DNA of 64,000 nt from an uncultured Acidobacteriaceae bacterium (lineage in GTDB: Bacteria; Acidobacteriota; Terriglobia; Terriglobales; Acidobacteriaceae): the NCBI GenBank assembly GCA_963832035.1, contig CAWHSK010000001.1:101185-165184 (forward strand), written 5' to 3'. Positions 54,245 to 63,938 of this stretch are shown one piece after another. A program made the translations under genes and the position numbers. Numbering within the stretch: the first letter of the stretch is position 1; each line of letters begins with the position of its first letter. The notes below the pieces were generated by a model, which ran no database searches, had not been told where the DNA came from, and worked only from the letters and a program-made list of their open reading frames with translations.

Positions 54245-54343
54245 CTACCGTCGGCGTGACTTCGCTTTCGCCCTGGCCATGAGTGCGAAGGGTGAAGCGA
54301 CCGTTATCAGAACGAGCGCCAGGACCAACCCCAAACCGAACAT
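54245..54343 (-). CDS. Candidate 32-aa membrane microprotein
   Basis: MFGLGLVLALVLITVASPFALMARAKAKSRRR: one hydrophobic helix plus a basic tail; purine-rich upstream sequence; too short to appear in the ORF track. Confidence 0.4.
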   Translation of the reverse strand: MFGLGLVLALVLITVASPFALMARAKAKSRRR

Positions 54344-54638
54344 GCTCTCTCGCTTTCTCCCGATTCAGCGTGAAACAGGATAAGGATGGGCCGCCGCAAC
54401 AACGTTAGCCATAGCTCGTTTGCAGAATGGTAATACCCAAAAGGTTGCAAAGCGCAGGGATCGGAGAACCCGATGTTTCTCAATATGGTGGCTTTGGACT
54501 ATTGAAATCCCTGTCCTTTTCATGTGCTCTGGCCGTAGCCACTGAGTCGCCCCAACTGATTCGATCGAATCGCGTTTGAATCTCTACAATATTTGCGGCT
54601 GTCATTCGTCTAGCAGAGTAGATGGGTGGCCATCGAGC

Positions 54639-55202
54639 ATGATCGCGATGATCGAGCAAGACCGTCAAATCGCGGATGTTATCGCCAAAGAGCGGCCCCG
54701 ACTGCGGAGCTTCATCCGACGCCGGGTCCAGAATGACGAGGACGCCGAAGATCTGCTGCAGGATGTGTTCTTTGAGCTTGTGCAGGCGAACCGTCTTCTG
54801 ACGCCAATTGACTTCGTGACCGGCTGGCTGTTTCGCGTGGCGCGGAATCGCATTACGGATCTCTTCCGCAAGAAGCGACCCGAGGCTTTCAGCGATGTGA
54901 TGGAGGAAGGGGAAGACGGCGATTTGCTCGAAATGGAAGATTTGCTGCCTTCGCCGGAGGGTGGGCCTGAAGCGGAATACAGCAGAGCAGTGCTGCTGGA
55001 TGAGCTGCAACGGGCTCTAGCTGAACTACCCGCCGAGCAGCGCGATGTTTTTGTCGCTCACGAGCTGGAAGGGCGGAGCTTTAAAGAGCTTTCGGCGGAG
55101 AGCGGCGTAAGTGTGAATACGCTGCTCTCGCGGAAGCGCTACGCGGTGCTGCAGCTGCGCGAGCGGCTGCAAACCGTTCACGATGACTTTCTGGAGAAAT
55201 GA
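54639..55202 (+). CDS. ECF-type sigma-70 factor
   Basis: AEDLLQDVF (region 2), WLFRVARNRITD, and region 4 LPAEQRDVF...SFKELS...VNTLLSRKRYA. Confidence 0.92.
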   Translation: MIAMIEQDRQIADVIAKERPRLRSFIRRRVQNDEDAEDLLQDVFFELVQANRLLTPIDFVTGWLFRVARNRITDLFRKKRPEAFSDVMEEGEDGDLLEMEDLLPSPEGGPEAEYSRAVLLDELQRALAELPAEQRDVFVAHELEGRSFKELSAESGVSVNTLLSRKRYAVLQLRERLQTVHDDFLEK

Positions 55203-55543
55203 GGAAGGATATGAAAAAGCTTTGGATTGCATTGATTGCTCCGCCGGCGATTGTGCTGTTTGTGTGGCTGTTTGGCGAACTGGTGATGCATCTGTGGAAC
55301 TGGCTTCTGCCGCCGCTCTTCGGCTGGCATCTGATCACCTTCTGGCAGGCACTTGGGCTCCTTCTGCTGTCGCGAATTCTCTTCGGGAGCTGGGGTTCGG
55401 GAGGAGGAAATCGCGGGCGGCGCGGGCGCAGGGAACGGTGGGACAAGATGACGCCCGAGGAGCGTGAGAGACTTCGCCAGAATTGGTCCGCGCGGTGCGG
55501 GGGATTCCCTAATATGCCAGATGAGAGCAAAGAACCTGCATGA
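55199..55543 (+). CDS. Small membrane protein coupled to the ECF sigma (possible anti-sigma or partner)
   Basis: ATGA overlap with the sigma stop; LWNWLLPPLFG..ITFWQALGLLLLSRILFG; basic tail with KMTPEERE. Confidence 0.8.
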   Translation: MRKDMKKLWIALIAPPAIVLFVWLFGELVMHLWNWLLPPLFGWHLITFWQALGLLLLSRILFGSWGSGGGNRGRRGRRERWDKMTPEERERLRQNWSARCGGFPNMPDESKEPA

Positions 55544-55761
55544 CGGGGGATTCGGGTTCTCAAGAACCTGATGTGTCCCGCAGGAGGATGCGCACTAAAT
55601 TCTGCTGAAAGTATTCGTCGCATGAAAATCTCGAGCGTTTCCTGTCAATGCAACGCATTGGGAGACGCTCGACAATTGTCGTCTGCAAAGCCGGAACATC
55701 TTCGTTGTCTCAAGCGTATATTCATTGCAATTCCCCACATGAAGGTCACGAGAGGGTTGCG

Positions 55762-58317
55762 ATGCGTACGTTGCGTCAGGATGTTCTCTATGCGTTGCGG
55801 CAGATGCGTTTGTCGCCTGTGTTCACGCTGACAGCGATGCTGACCCTGGCCTTGGGAATTGGGGCGACGACAGCGATTTTCTCGCTGATTGACAGCGTGA
55901 TGCTGAAGTCATTGCCCGTGGCCGATCCTTCGCGGCTGTATCGAGTTGGTTCGGGAATGAAGTGTTGCGGTCAGATCGGCCCACAGCAAGAGTGGGGCAT
56001 CTTCCCCTATACGCTTTACGAGCGGATTGCCGCGGCAGCGCCGGAGTTTGAGCAGACGGCAGCTTTCGAAGCGTGGCACTCAGACCTTAGCGTGCGCCGC
56101 GCAGACAGCAACGCACCGGCAAAGCCGCTGCGGAGCGAGTATGTTTCCGGCAACTATTTTGTGACGCTGGGTATTCGTGCGTTTGCCGGTCGGACTTTGA
56201 CGCAGGCCGACGATCAGGCCGCGGCGGCTCCGACCGCGATGATGAGTCATCGCGTGTGGCAGCAGGAATACGGATCGGACCCGAAGGTGGTGGGATCTAC
56301 CTTCGTGCTGGACGGGCACGCATTCACGGTTGTTGGAGTCACGCCGCCGGGATTTTATGGCGAGACACTCCGCAGCGACCCACCGGAGCTGTTTGTGCCA
56401 TTACGGCAGGAGCCAGTGCTTGCCGGGCAGAACACGGTGCTGAAGACGCCGCTGGCGTGGCTGCGTGTGATTGGACGGTTAAGGCCGGGCGCGAAGATAG
56501 ACAGGATGGACGCGCGATTCACAACGATTACGCGCGAGTGGCTTGTAACCGAACTTGGTGCGGAATATCCGCAGTATCTGGATCAACTGAAGAAAGTGCT
56601 CCCTGGCGAAGTGGTGAACGTGGTTCCGGCTGGCGGGGGCGTGGCCGAGATGAAGTCGGGATACCAGAGCAGCCTGCGGATTCTGATGGTGGTTTGCGGA
56701 TTGGTTCTGCTGATTGCGTGCGCGAACCTGGCGAACCTGCTGCTTGCACGAGGCTCGGCACGCGGGACCCAGGCAGCAGTACGGCTGGCGATGGGCGCGA
56801 CGAAGATGCGGATGGTGAGGCAGTCCTTGACCGAGAGCATTGTGCTGGCGGTGCTGGGCGGAGTTGCAGGCATCGCGGTTGCGTTCGCAGGCGTGAAGGT
56901 GATTGTGGTGCTTGCGTTTCACTCGGCGAACTATGTTCCACTGGATGCGACTCCTTCGCTTGCGGTGCTGGGGTTTGCCTTCGGGATGGCGTTGCTGACG
57001 GGGCTTCTGTTTGGGACGGCGCCAGCATGGTTCGCGGCTCGCACTAATCCGGCGGCAGTGCTGCACGGGGTGGGGCGCAGCACACGCGACGGCAGGGCGC
57101 TGCCGCAGAAGGCGCTCGTGGTTGTGCAGGCAACGTTGTCTGTTGTGTTGTTGACGGGCGCCGGCCTGTTGACGCGCAGTTTGATGAAAATGGAGCACCA
57201 GAACTTTGGGTTCGAAACCGATCACCGGGTAAGCATCCGCGTGAATGCGCCGTTCTCGTCGTACTCGCCCGAGAAGCTGGATGCCACGTATCGTGCGCTG
57301 CAGGAGCGCCTGAGAGAGATTCCGGGCGTGCAGGGCGCAGCGTTGGCTATGTATACGCCGTTTACGAATAACTGGGACGCCATGATCGCGCGCCAGGGGC
57401 AGGGCACAATCGACGTGAATGGGGACAACGCATCGTCGTGGGATCGCGTGAGCACAGGATACCTTGAGATGATGGGGCAGCGCATTGTGCGCGGACGGAG
57501 CATCACCGAGCAGGACACTGCCTCAACACCCAATATCGCGGTTGTGGATGAAGCATTTGTGAAGAAGTTTTTCAAACCGGGTGAAGAACCGATTGGGACG
57601 CATTTCGGCATGAACGATGCGCAGTACAGCGGCATGTACGAGATTGTGGGGGTGGTGCGAACCGCGAACTACACCGATCCGAGCGGCCATTGGAGGATGC
57701 CGCTGCTTTTTGTACCGCTGGCGCAGCGCGCTCACTTCAATACGACAATGGCGCAGATGATTGAAGAGCGCTCGCACCTGATTGAAGGCGTAGTGCTGGA
57801 AATGCACGGCAGCATGCAGGGGCTGGAGCCACAGGTGCGGCGCGCATTTGCCGAAGTGGATTCGAACTTGACGCTGGTGAGCATACGAACCATGGAGCAG
57901 CAGGTAGCCGATCGAATGGACCAGGAGCGTTCGATCTCGCAATTGACGGGCCTTTTTGGCATTCTTGCGCTGGTGCTCGCCGCGGTGGGTCTGTATGGCG
58001 TGACAGCTTACGGGGTAGAACGGCGTACCGGGGAAATTGGCGTGCGCATTGCGCTGGGTGCGAATCGGGCGCAGGTGGTGGCCATGGTGCTGCGCGGCGC
58101 CTTTGTGCAGATTCTGATTGGACTGGCCATCGGGATTCCGGTGTCGATCGGGTGTGCACGGCTGATTGCTTCGCAGTTGTACGAGGTGAAGGGATGGGAT
58201 CCGATTGCGCTGGGCGGTTCGGTAGCGGCACTCGCGCTGTGCGCGCTGGTGGCGAGCCTGGTGCCGGCGCGTCGTGCGGCAAACATCAATCCTGTGCTGG
58301 CACTGCGGGTGGAGTAG
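55762..58317 (+). CDS. ADOP-type duplicated ABC permease (MacB/FtsX repeats, no ATPase)
   Basis: LRQDVLYALRQMRLSPVF, LGIGATTAIFS, LLIACANLANLL and RRTGEIGVRIALGA...ALRVE; two MacB-FtsX halves. Confidence 0.92.
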   Translation: MRTLRQDVLYALRQMRLSPVFTLTAMLTLALGIGATTAIFSLIDSVMLKSLPVADPSRLYRVGSGMKCCGQIGPQQEWGIFPYTLYERIAAAAPEFEQTAAFEAWHSDLSVRRADSNAPAKPLRSEYVSGNYFVTLGIRAFAGRTLTQADDQAAAAPTAMMSHRVWQQEYGSDPKVVGSTFVLDGHAFTVVGVTPPGFYGETLRSDPPELFVPLRQEPVLAGQNTVLKTPLAWLRVIGRLRPGAKIDRMDARFTTITREWLVTELGAEYPQYLDQLKKVLPGEVVNVVPAGGGVAEMKSGYQSSLRILMVVCGLVLLIACANLANLLLARGSARGTQAAVRLAMGATKMRMVRQSLTESIVLAVLGGVAGIAVAFAGVKVIVVLAFHSANYVPLDATPSLAVLGFAFGMALLTGLLFGTAPAWFAARTNPAAVLHGVGRSTRDGRALPQKALVVVQATLSVVLLTGAGLLTRSLMKMEHQNFGFETDHRVSIRVNAPFSSYSPEKLDATYRALQERLREIPGVQGAALAMYTPFTNNWDAMIARQGQGTIDVNGDNASSWDRVSTGYLEMMGQRIVRGRSITEQDTASTPNIAVVDEAFVKKFFKPGEEPIGTHFGMNDAQYSGMYEIVGVVRTANYTDPSGHWRMPLLFVPLAQRAHFNTTMAQMIEERSHLIEGVVLEMHGSMQGLEPQVRRAFAEVDSNLTLVSIRTMEQQVADRMDQERSISQLTGLFGILALVLAAVGLYGVTAYGVERRTGEIGVRIALGANRAQVVAMVLRGAFVQILIGLAIGIPVSIGCARLIASQLYEVKGWDPIALGGSVAALALCALVASLVPARRAANINPVLALRVE

Positions 58318-58417
58318 GTCGTCGGATCGTAGTCTTACGATTCCCAGGTCTCAGAAGCGAGTTCTCGAGCCTTCGACTAAGGCCTCTCGACGGGGACCCC
58401 CGGTTGTCCGAAGAGAG

Positions 58418-58460
58418 AAGCAGGTCCTTCGACTTCGCTGCGCTCCGCTCAGGATGACGG
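58418..58460 (+). repeat. REP-like element, family B
   Basis: AAGCAGGTCCTTCGACTTCGCTGCGCTCCGCTCAGGATGACGG has the same ends as 13655-13707. Confidence 0.8.
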
Positions 58461-58476
58461 GTGGTTGTTGAGGGGC

Positions 58477-58525
58477 GTGGTTTCCCACCCATGGCGCGAT
58501 AAGGCTGCGTCATGGATGGGGCAGC
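58477..58525 (+). repeat. REP-like element, family A
   Basis: GTGGTTTCCCACCCATGGCGCGATAAGGCTGCGTCATGGATGGGGCAGCC. Confidence 0.85.
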
Positions 58526-58551
58526 CAGTTCTGAATCGGAACTAGGGAATG

Positions 58552-61047
58552 TTACTCTCCGCGGAGGGCTTGCATGGGGTCGATGGAGGCGGCGCGGAAT
58601 GCGGGCAGGGTCGAGGCGACGATGGCCAGGAGTAAGACGCCGATTGCTGCAAGGGTCAGCACCATTGGGTCGAAGGGACTTACGCCGAACAGCATCGATT
58701 TCAGAAGTCTTGAAGCCGCTGCAGCTCCTGCCAATCCGATGATGCATCCGATTACCGCCAGTTTCGCACCTGACTCGATCACCAGGCGCACGATGGCCGA
58801 GCGTTGCGATCCCAGCGTCATGCGGATCGCCATCTCCTGTATGCGCGAGGCAACAGAGAAAGCGATGACACTGTAGATGCCAAGAACTGCGAGCAGCACG
58901 GCTGCAAAGGCGAAGCTTGAGATCAGCACGGTATTGAAGCGGCGAGATGCCTCCGAATCCGAGACCACCTGTTCCATGGTTTGCACCTGCGTCAAGGGGA
59001 GCAGCGGGTCTAAGGAGCGAACGGTGGCGCGAAGAGCGTTCTCCATCTGCTCCGGCGGGAGCGCCGAGCGCAGCACGATGTACCCGCCGTTGCCGTTGAC
59101 ATCAGTGGGGGCGGCCAGGGAACCGATAGCTTCCTCTACCTGATCGACGGGCATGTAGTACTGCTCGGTCGCGGGATTGTCGGGAGACATGAGCTGGGTG
59201 TCAGACACTTCGCCCACAACGGTCAGCCACGGTGTCTGCATCTGCTGTGTGCCGATGCGTAGTCGTTTGCCGACAGGATCCTGGTTGGGCCAGTAGTGCT
59301 GCGAAAACTTATGATTCACGATGAGGACCAATTGCGCGCCGGCATGGTCAGCCTCGTTGAACGTGCGACCGCGCAAAACGCGAACTCCCATCGCGGGGAA
59401 GAAATTTCCTTCAACTTGCGAAACAGTTGCAAGGTTCAGGTTTGCACCCGGAGGCGGCGTGAAGCCATCGACTACGAAGGTCTGATTGTTGTTTACGCCC
59501 TGCGAGGGCAGCATGCTTGTGAGGCCAACAGACTGAACTCCTGGAAGCTGGCTGAGCTTCAGCAGAAGTTCGCGGTTGAACGTATCCACCTGCGGCTGTT
59601 TTGAGTACTGCAGTTGCGGCAACGAGTACGCGGCGGTTGTTACGTGCTGCGGACTGAATCCGAGATCAACCGCGCGCATTTTGTCGAAGCTGCGCAACAG
59701 CAGACCTGAGGCGGTGAGCAGCACGAGGGCGATCGCAATCTCCGCTACTACAAGCGCGGAACGCAGCCGTGCATGGCCTCCGCCGGCGCTACCGGTGCGG
59801 CCGCCTTCTTTCAGGTTGCTGTTCACGTTGGTACGGATCGCAGCGAATGCGGGTGCGAGAGCGCACACCAGTCCTGTTACGACGGCCAGGCCTAGCGCAA
59901 AGACAATCACTTGCCAGCTCAGCGAAATCTCGTTTACGCGCGGGAGATTTTCGGGGAGCATGTTTTTGCCCACGCTCAAGGCGACTCCAGCGAGAATCAG
60001 CCCAAGCACTCCGCCGCTCACGCTCAGGACGAGGCTCTCCAGAACAGCCTGCCTGATCAGCGCAGATGCACGGGCGCCGAGCGCCAGACGGACTGCAACC
60101 TCACGCTGGCGCCGGATCGCCCGCACGAGCATCAGCCCCGCAAGATTAAAGCACGCAATGAGCAGCACTACTGCGACGGCAAGAAACAGGGTGCGCAACA
60201 GGGACCGCGATTGCTGAACAGTATCGCCCTGCAGCGGGCGTACGAGGGCGTTGATGTGCAGGCTGGCCATTTCAGCCGGATAGCCGCGCATGATCTCCTG
60301 GGCCACACGGTCGGCATCGCTTTGTGCCTGCTCAGGTGAGATGCCGGGCTTTAGACGCCCGATCATCTGGTAGCTCCAGTTGCTGGCGCTTCGGGTTGCA
60401 AGCTCATCGGGCCGGAAGCTCATGGGCACCCACAGCTCCGAGCGATTCAGCTGGCCGGGGATCAGGGGAAATTCGAAACCGCGCGGCATCACGCCGATGA
60501 TGATGTACGGCTTGCGATCGAGAAGAACCTTGGCGCCGACGATTTGCGGGTCAGCGTGAAAGCGCGTACGCCAAGTGGCATTGCTGAGAACGGCGACCTG
60601 CTGGTGATGTTCGTCCTCGTCTGTGGTGAACACGCGACCGAGCTGCGGAGCTACGCCGAGCGCAGAGAAGATTCCGGCCGTGATGCGCGACGCGTTTACC
60701 TGTGCAGGATCGCCTTTGCCGGAGAGTTCATAGGCTGCGCCCTGATATGCGCCCAGTGCGCTGAAGGATCGCGTATCGCGGGTGTAAGCAAGGATGTCGG
60801 GAACCGTGACGCCGACCTCATCGCCGCCCTGGCCAACTTCTACGCCCTGCAAATGATCGGAGAGCACCATCAGACGATCGGAATCCGGGAAGGGCAGGGG
60901 CCTGAGCAGAACGCCTTCGACGATGGAGAAGATTGCGGTAGTGGCACCGATGCCAAAGGCCAGCATGAGAACTGCGGTCAGCGCAAAACCTAACGATTTG
61001 CTCAATTGGCGGAGGGAAAACTTCAGATCGAATATGAGCTTTTGCAT
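58552..61047 (-). CDS. ADOP-type duplicated ABC permease, second copy, convergent
   Basis: DLKFSLRQLSKSLGF, FGIGATTAIFS, LLIACFNLAGL, REVAVRLALGA and IDPMQALRGE. Confidence 0.92.
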   Translation of the reverse strand: MQKLIFDLKFSLRQLSKSLGFALTAVLMLAFGIGATTAIFSIVEGVLLRPLPFPDSDRLMVLSDHLQGVEVGQGGDEVGVTVPDILAYTRDTRSFSALGAYQGAAYELSGKGDPAQVNASRITAGIFSALGVAPQLGRVFTTDEDEHHQQVAVLSNATWRTRFHADPQIVGAKVLLDRKPYIIIGVMPRGFEFPLIPGQLNRSELWVPMSFRPDELATRSASNWSYQMIGRLKPGISPEQAQSDADRVAQEIMRGYPAEMASLHINALVRPLQGDTVQQSRSLLRTLFLAVAVVLLIACFNLAGLMLVRAIRRQREVAVRLALGARASALIRQAVLESLVLSVSGGVLGLILAGVALSVGKNMLPENLPRVNEISLSWQVIVFALGLAVVTGLVCALAPAFAAIRTNVNSNLKEGGRTGSAGGGHARLRSALVVAEIAIALVLLTASGLLLRSFDKMRAVDLGFSPQHVTTAAYSLPQLQYSKQPQVDTFNRELLLKLSQLPGVQSVGLTSMLPSQGVNNNQTFVVDGFTPPPGANLNLATVSQVEGNFFPAMGVRVLRGRTFNEADHAGAQLVLIVNHKFSQHYWPNQDPVGKRLRIGTQQMQTPWLTVVGEVSDTQLMSPDNPATEQYYMPVDQVEEAIGSLAAPTDVNGNGGYIVLRSALPPEQMENALRATVRSLDPLLPLTQVQTMEQVVSDSEASRRFNTVLISSFAFAAVLLAVLGIYSVIAFSVASRIQEMAIRMTLGSQRSAIVRLVIESGAKLAVIGCIIGLAGAAAASRLLKSMLFGVSPFDPMVLTLAAIGVLLLAIVASTLPAFRAASIDPMQALRGE

Positions 61048-61229
61048 AGGTATCCTCAGGTCTTCGCGATAACAGTTTCAGCACGCGTCGAACCAAACCT
61101 TCTCACGGAAAACTCATAGAATCAATTGGACTTATGAAGAGGAAAGACGCTCACGCGTCGTTCAAAAACGGCCGCATGTGTCCGAAAACGAACGGCGATG
61201 CGGGGTTCCGTGGAGGCACGAAATCAAAG

Positions 61230-62897
61230 TTAGATGCGAACCCAAATCTTGTAACGGTACGACACTAGTCGCTCTTCGCCGGGCTTCAAAGTCATCTCCC
61301 AACTGAGACGGGACCTGGGATTATCGCTCTCAATTCCTTCTCCCAGTTGCTCCGCCTTCCCGAGATCGGACTGGAACTCGGTTTTGCCGCGCAAGGTCTT
61401 GCAGATCGACAAGCGCACTTCCTTACTTTTGTAGTTCTTTACCTTCAGTTTGCCCTCGACCGTGACGAGATCATAGTTGTAGCCGCGGCGATGCGTGACC
61501 TCCTGCTGTCTTGCAACCTCGCGCTCTTCGTGGCTGGCCCGAATGTCCGTCGCAATCGTGATCTTGAGAGTTGATGACGCGCCTTTCGGCGTATAGGGCA
61601 AAACATCTTGAGAAACCGGCTTGCCGCCGGACATTACCAGAGCGGGCGCGCTCGTCCAGGGGATCTTGGAAGCGTTCTTTAACCGGATCGCGTGCCACAC
61701 ACGATCCCCGCGGTTTCCATCCTGCGCATTGGGATTCGGGGTAACCACGTTTCCGAATCCATCGACGCGAGGCTGATCCTCCACCTCCCAGTCATAAAGA
61801 TGTTCGTAGGTCACATCTCCTGAAAATACGTTGTAGCTGGCGCGTTCGCCTTTTGCCAACGTGACGTCGGAGCGGGTGTAGAGAAAGAGATCTTCCTCTG
61901 GCGCGCCAGACAACTGATCGACTGAAGTAGCGAGGGAGATTGAAGGCATCGAAGCCTTCTCGTCAAACGAAACGTATTGTCCTTGAATGGCGTTTGAAAG
62001 TGCGCCGAATTCTCTCTTGCGGCTGTCATCCCGTTCTGCGTCCTTCATGAAATCCACCAAAGATTGTTGAAGGCTCATCGGCGAGAGCGTATCGGCGTAC
62101 GCGAAATTGGGAGCGCCAACCACGAAGAACAACTCCGCATTCTGAATGTCTTCGGCGTCGTTGGTGACGACCGCCTGCATGTTGAGCTGGGCATTGGTGT
62201 CGTCGACAAGGGAAATGAGATACGAAGGAGTCCAGCCGAGGCCATGTTCCAGGTATCCTATCGTGAGCTTTTCTTTTGCGGAACCACCATTCACTTTCAA
62301 GCGCAGTGCCTGGCCAGGCCGCTCCACACTCTCGCGCAGAATTGCGTCGTCGGGCAGGCTTGCGTTTGAAATTCCGCCCAGGGGGAAGGCTAGGAGTCTT
62401 TTGTCGACTCTGAGCAGTAGGTAGTCGGTTCGAGGCATGGCGTTGCTGGATGAATCGGGCGCGGGAGATGCGGATGAAGCGGAACGGTCAGAATCTTTCA
62501 GACCCACAACTTCCCCAGTGTATTCCTTCATCTGGTAGGTGATCGTAACCGTTTTTCCCGCGTTGGCCTGGAGAATATCGCCGATGGATGGGAGAGTTCG
62601 CTCGCCTGAAATCCGGTAGCGATATGCGACCAATTCATCGATTCGCGATTCCGGTGTCCCAGGCGTCAGCCAAAGCGTGCCGAGAGTTGCATTGGGGATG
62701 GGGGCTATTCGGCCCGTTCCAGACGAGAGTGGAATTTCACCTTGCCGGATTACGAAAGCCAAGCCGTTTTTGAATGCCGCTATGGCGACCGTCTTCGGCA
62801 GCGGACTTGGCGTACCTGCATTTTCTCCGCCAAACAGAGCAACGGAAGGCACCAGAAAGCAGCAGAAAAATCGCGACACGATGGGACTGAGACGCAT
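61230..62897 (-). CDS. Secreted DUF4140/DUF4139-like protein
   Basis: Signal peptide; IAAFKNGLAFV N-terminal strand, YLEHGLGWTPSY, AVVTNDAED and C-terminal LSWEMTLKPGEE..YRY pattern. Confidence 0.7.
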   Translation of the reverse strand: MRLSPIVSRFFCCFLVPSVALFGGENAGTPSPLPKTVAIAAFKNGLAFVIRQGEIPLSSGTGRIAPIPNATLGTLWLTPGTPESRIDELVAYRYRISGERTLPSIGDILQANAGKTVTITYQMKEYTGEVVGLKDSDRSASSASPAPDSSSNAMPRTDYLLLRVDKRLLAFPLGGISNASLPDDAILRESVERPGQALRLKVNGGSAKEKLTIGYLEHGLGWTPSYLISLVDDTNAQLNMQAVVTNDAEDIQNAELFFVVGAPNFAYADTLSPMSLQQSLVDFMKDAERDDSRKREFGALSNAIQGQYVSFDEKASMPSISLATSVDQLSGAPEEDLFLYTRSDVTLAKGERASYNVFSGDVTYEHLYDWEVEDQPRVDGFGNVVTPNPNAQDGNRGDRVWHAIRLKNASKIPWTSAPALVMSGGKPVSQDVLPYTPKGASSTLKITIATDIRASHEEREVARQQEVTHRRGYNYDLVTVEGKLKVKNYKSKEVRLSICKTLRGKTEFQSDLGKAEQLGEGIESDNPRSRLSWEMTLKPGEERLVSYRYKIWVRI

Positions 62898-63044
62898 GGT
62901 TCGACCTCCAGGGATCTTCGAAATGGAGGCTTTGCTTCAAGTCCATTTCGATAGCTTTATCCCTGGAACGAGCGATGCCGGATTTCTTGCATTTGTCTTT
63001 GCGGCGCCTGTCGGGTTACCGCTTCCTGGTAGCTGGTCCCGCCA

Positions 63045-63800
63045 TCAATCCCACTCTTTCCACAGAGCCACGCCGCCGAGCAGCCCGGCCTCGTTTGAAA
63101 CGATCTCGATGTTCTTGCCGGGCTTGAAGTCTATTTTTTTGGCGTTGCCGCCGCCAAGGTAGAGGTGATCCCAGTTGAAGAGCTTGGCAGTTTGCTCAAT
63201 CGCTTCCTGCAGCAACTGGTTCCAACGCTTCTTTCCGTACTTGTCGAGTCCACGGCGACCGAGGTAGTCCTCGTACTCGCGGTCTCTCTTCCACGGATGA
63301 TGGCCGAGTTCAAGGCCCGGGCATAGACGTCCATCGGTAAATAGCGATGAGCCGAGTCCTGTTCCAAGGGTGATGGCCAGTTCCACGCCGTTGCCCTTGA
63401 TGCATCCATAGCCCTGTACGGAAGCGTCATTCGCCAGCCGTACCGGCTTCTTCCAAAGCTTCGCGAGTTCGTTCTCCAACGGAAACCCGTACCACATGGC
63501 ATGGAGATTCGCCGCAGTATAAGTGACACCTTTCTTGACTACGCCGGGGAAGCCGATGGAAACGCGATCGAAGTTAGGCAGCGTCTTGCGCAGTTCTTCA
63601 AGGCCTTTCAGCACTGCCCTTGGCGTGGGTATGGCGGGTGTTGCCACGCGCTGGCGTTCACTGACTGGGCGACCCTTGGCGTCGAGCAACATCGCCTTCA
63701 GACCTGAGCCGCCGATATCGATGGAAATGGTGATGGGGTTGGAGGTTTTGGGCGAAGTGGTACGGCCGTTTCTAGAGGGCTTGATCTGTCGCGTGGTCAT
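63045..63800 (-). CDS. ppgK: ROK-family (poly)phosphate glucokinase
   Basis: IDIGGSGLK, IGFPGVV, NDASVQG, TLGTGLGS, ELGH, YLGGGNAK and NEAGLLG. Confidence 0.85.
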   Translation of the reverse strand: MTTRQIKPSRNGRTTSPKTSNPITISIDIGGSGLKAMLLDAKGRPVSERQRVATPAIPTPRAVLKGLEELRKTLPNFDRVSIGFPGVVKKGVTYTAANLHAMWYGFPLENELAKLWKKPVRLANDASVQGYGCIKGNGVELAITLGTGLGSSLFTDGRLCPGLELGHHPWKRDREYEDYLGRRGLDKYGKKRWNQLLQEAIEQTAKLFNWDHLYLGGGNAKKIDFKPGKNIEIVSNEAGLLGGVALWKEWD

Positions 63801-63820
63801 CAGCACGAATTGTACTGAAG

Positions 63821-63848
63821 AGAGTGGACAGTGAACAGTGTTCAGTGA
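63821..63848. repeat. Four tandem heptamers (NCAGTGN) in the ppgK-priA intergenic region
   Basis: AGAGTGG ACAGTGA ACAGTGT TCAGTGA. Confidence 0.7.
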
Positions 63849-63938
63849 ACAAAAACGGGACTGCACAGGCGGCGAATTGGTGCGGGTTACGCACATAGGC
63901 GGGCGCGGGTGAGGCCGCTAAACTGGGAGTTGCTCCCA

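Noticed and set aside
63821-63848. CRISPR array or iterons
   Set aside because: Units are 7 bp with no spacers, and there are no cas or rep genes in the window
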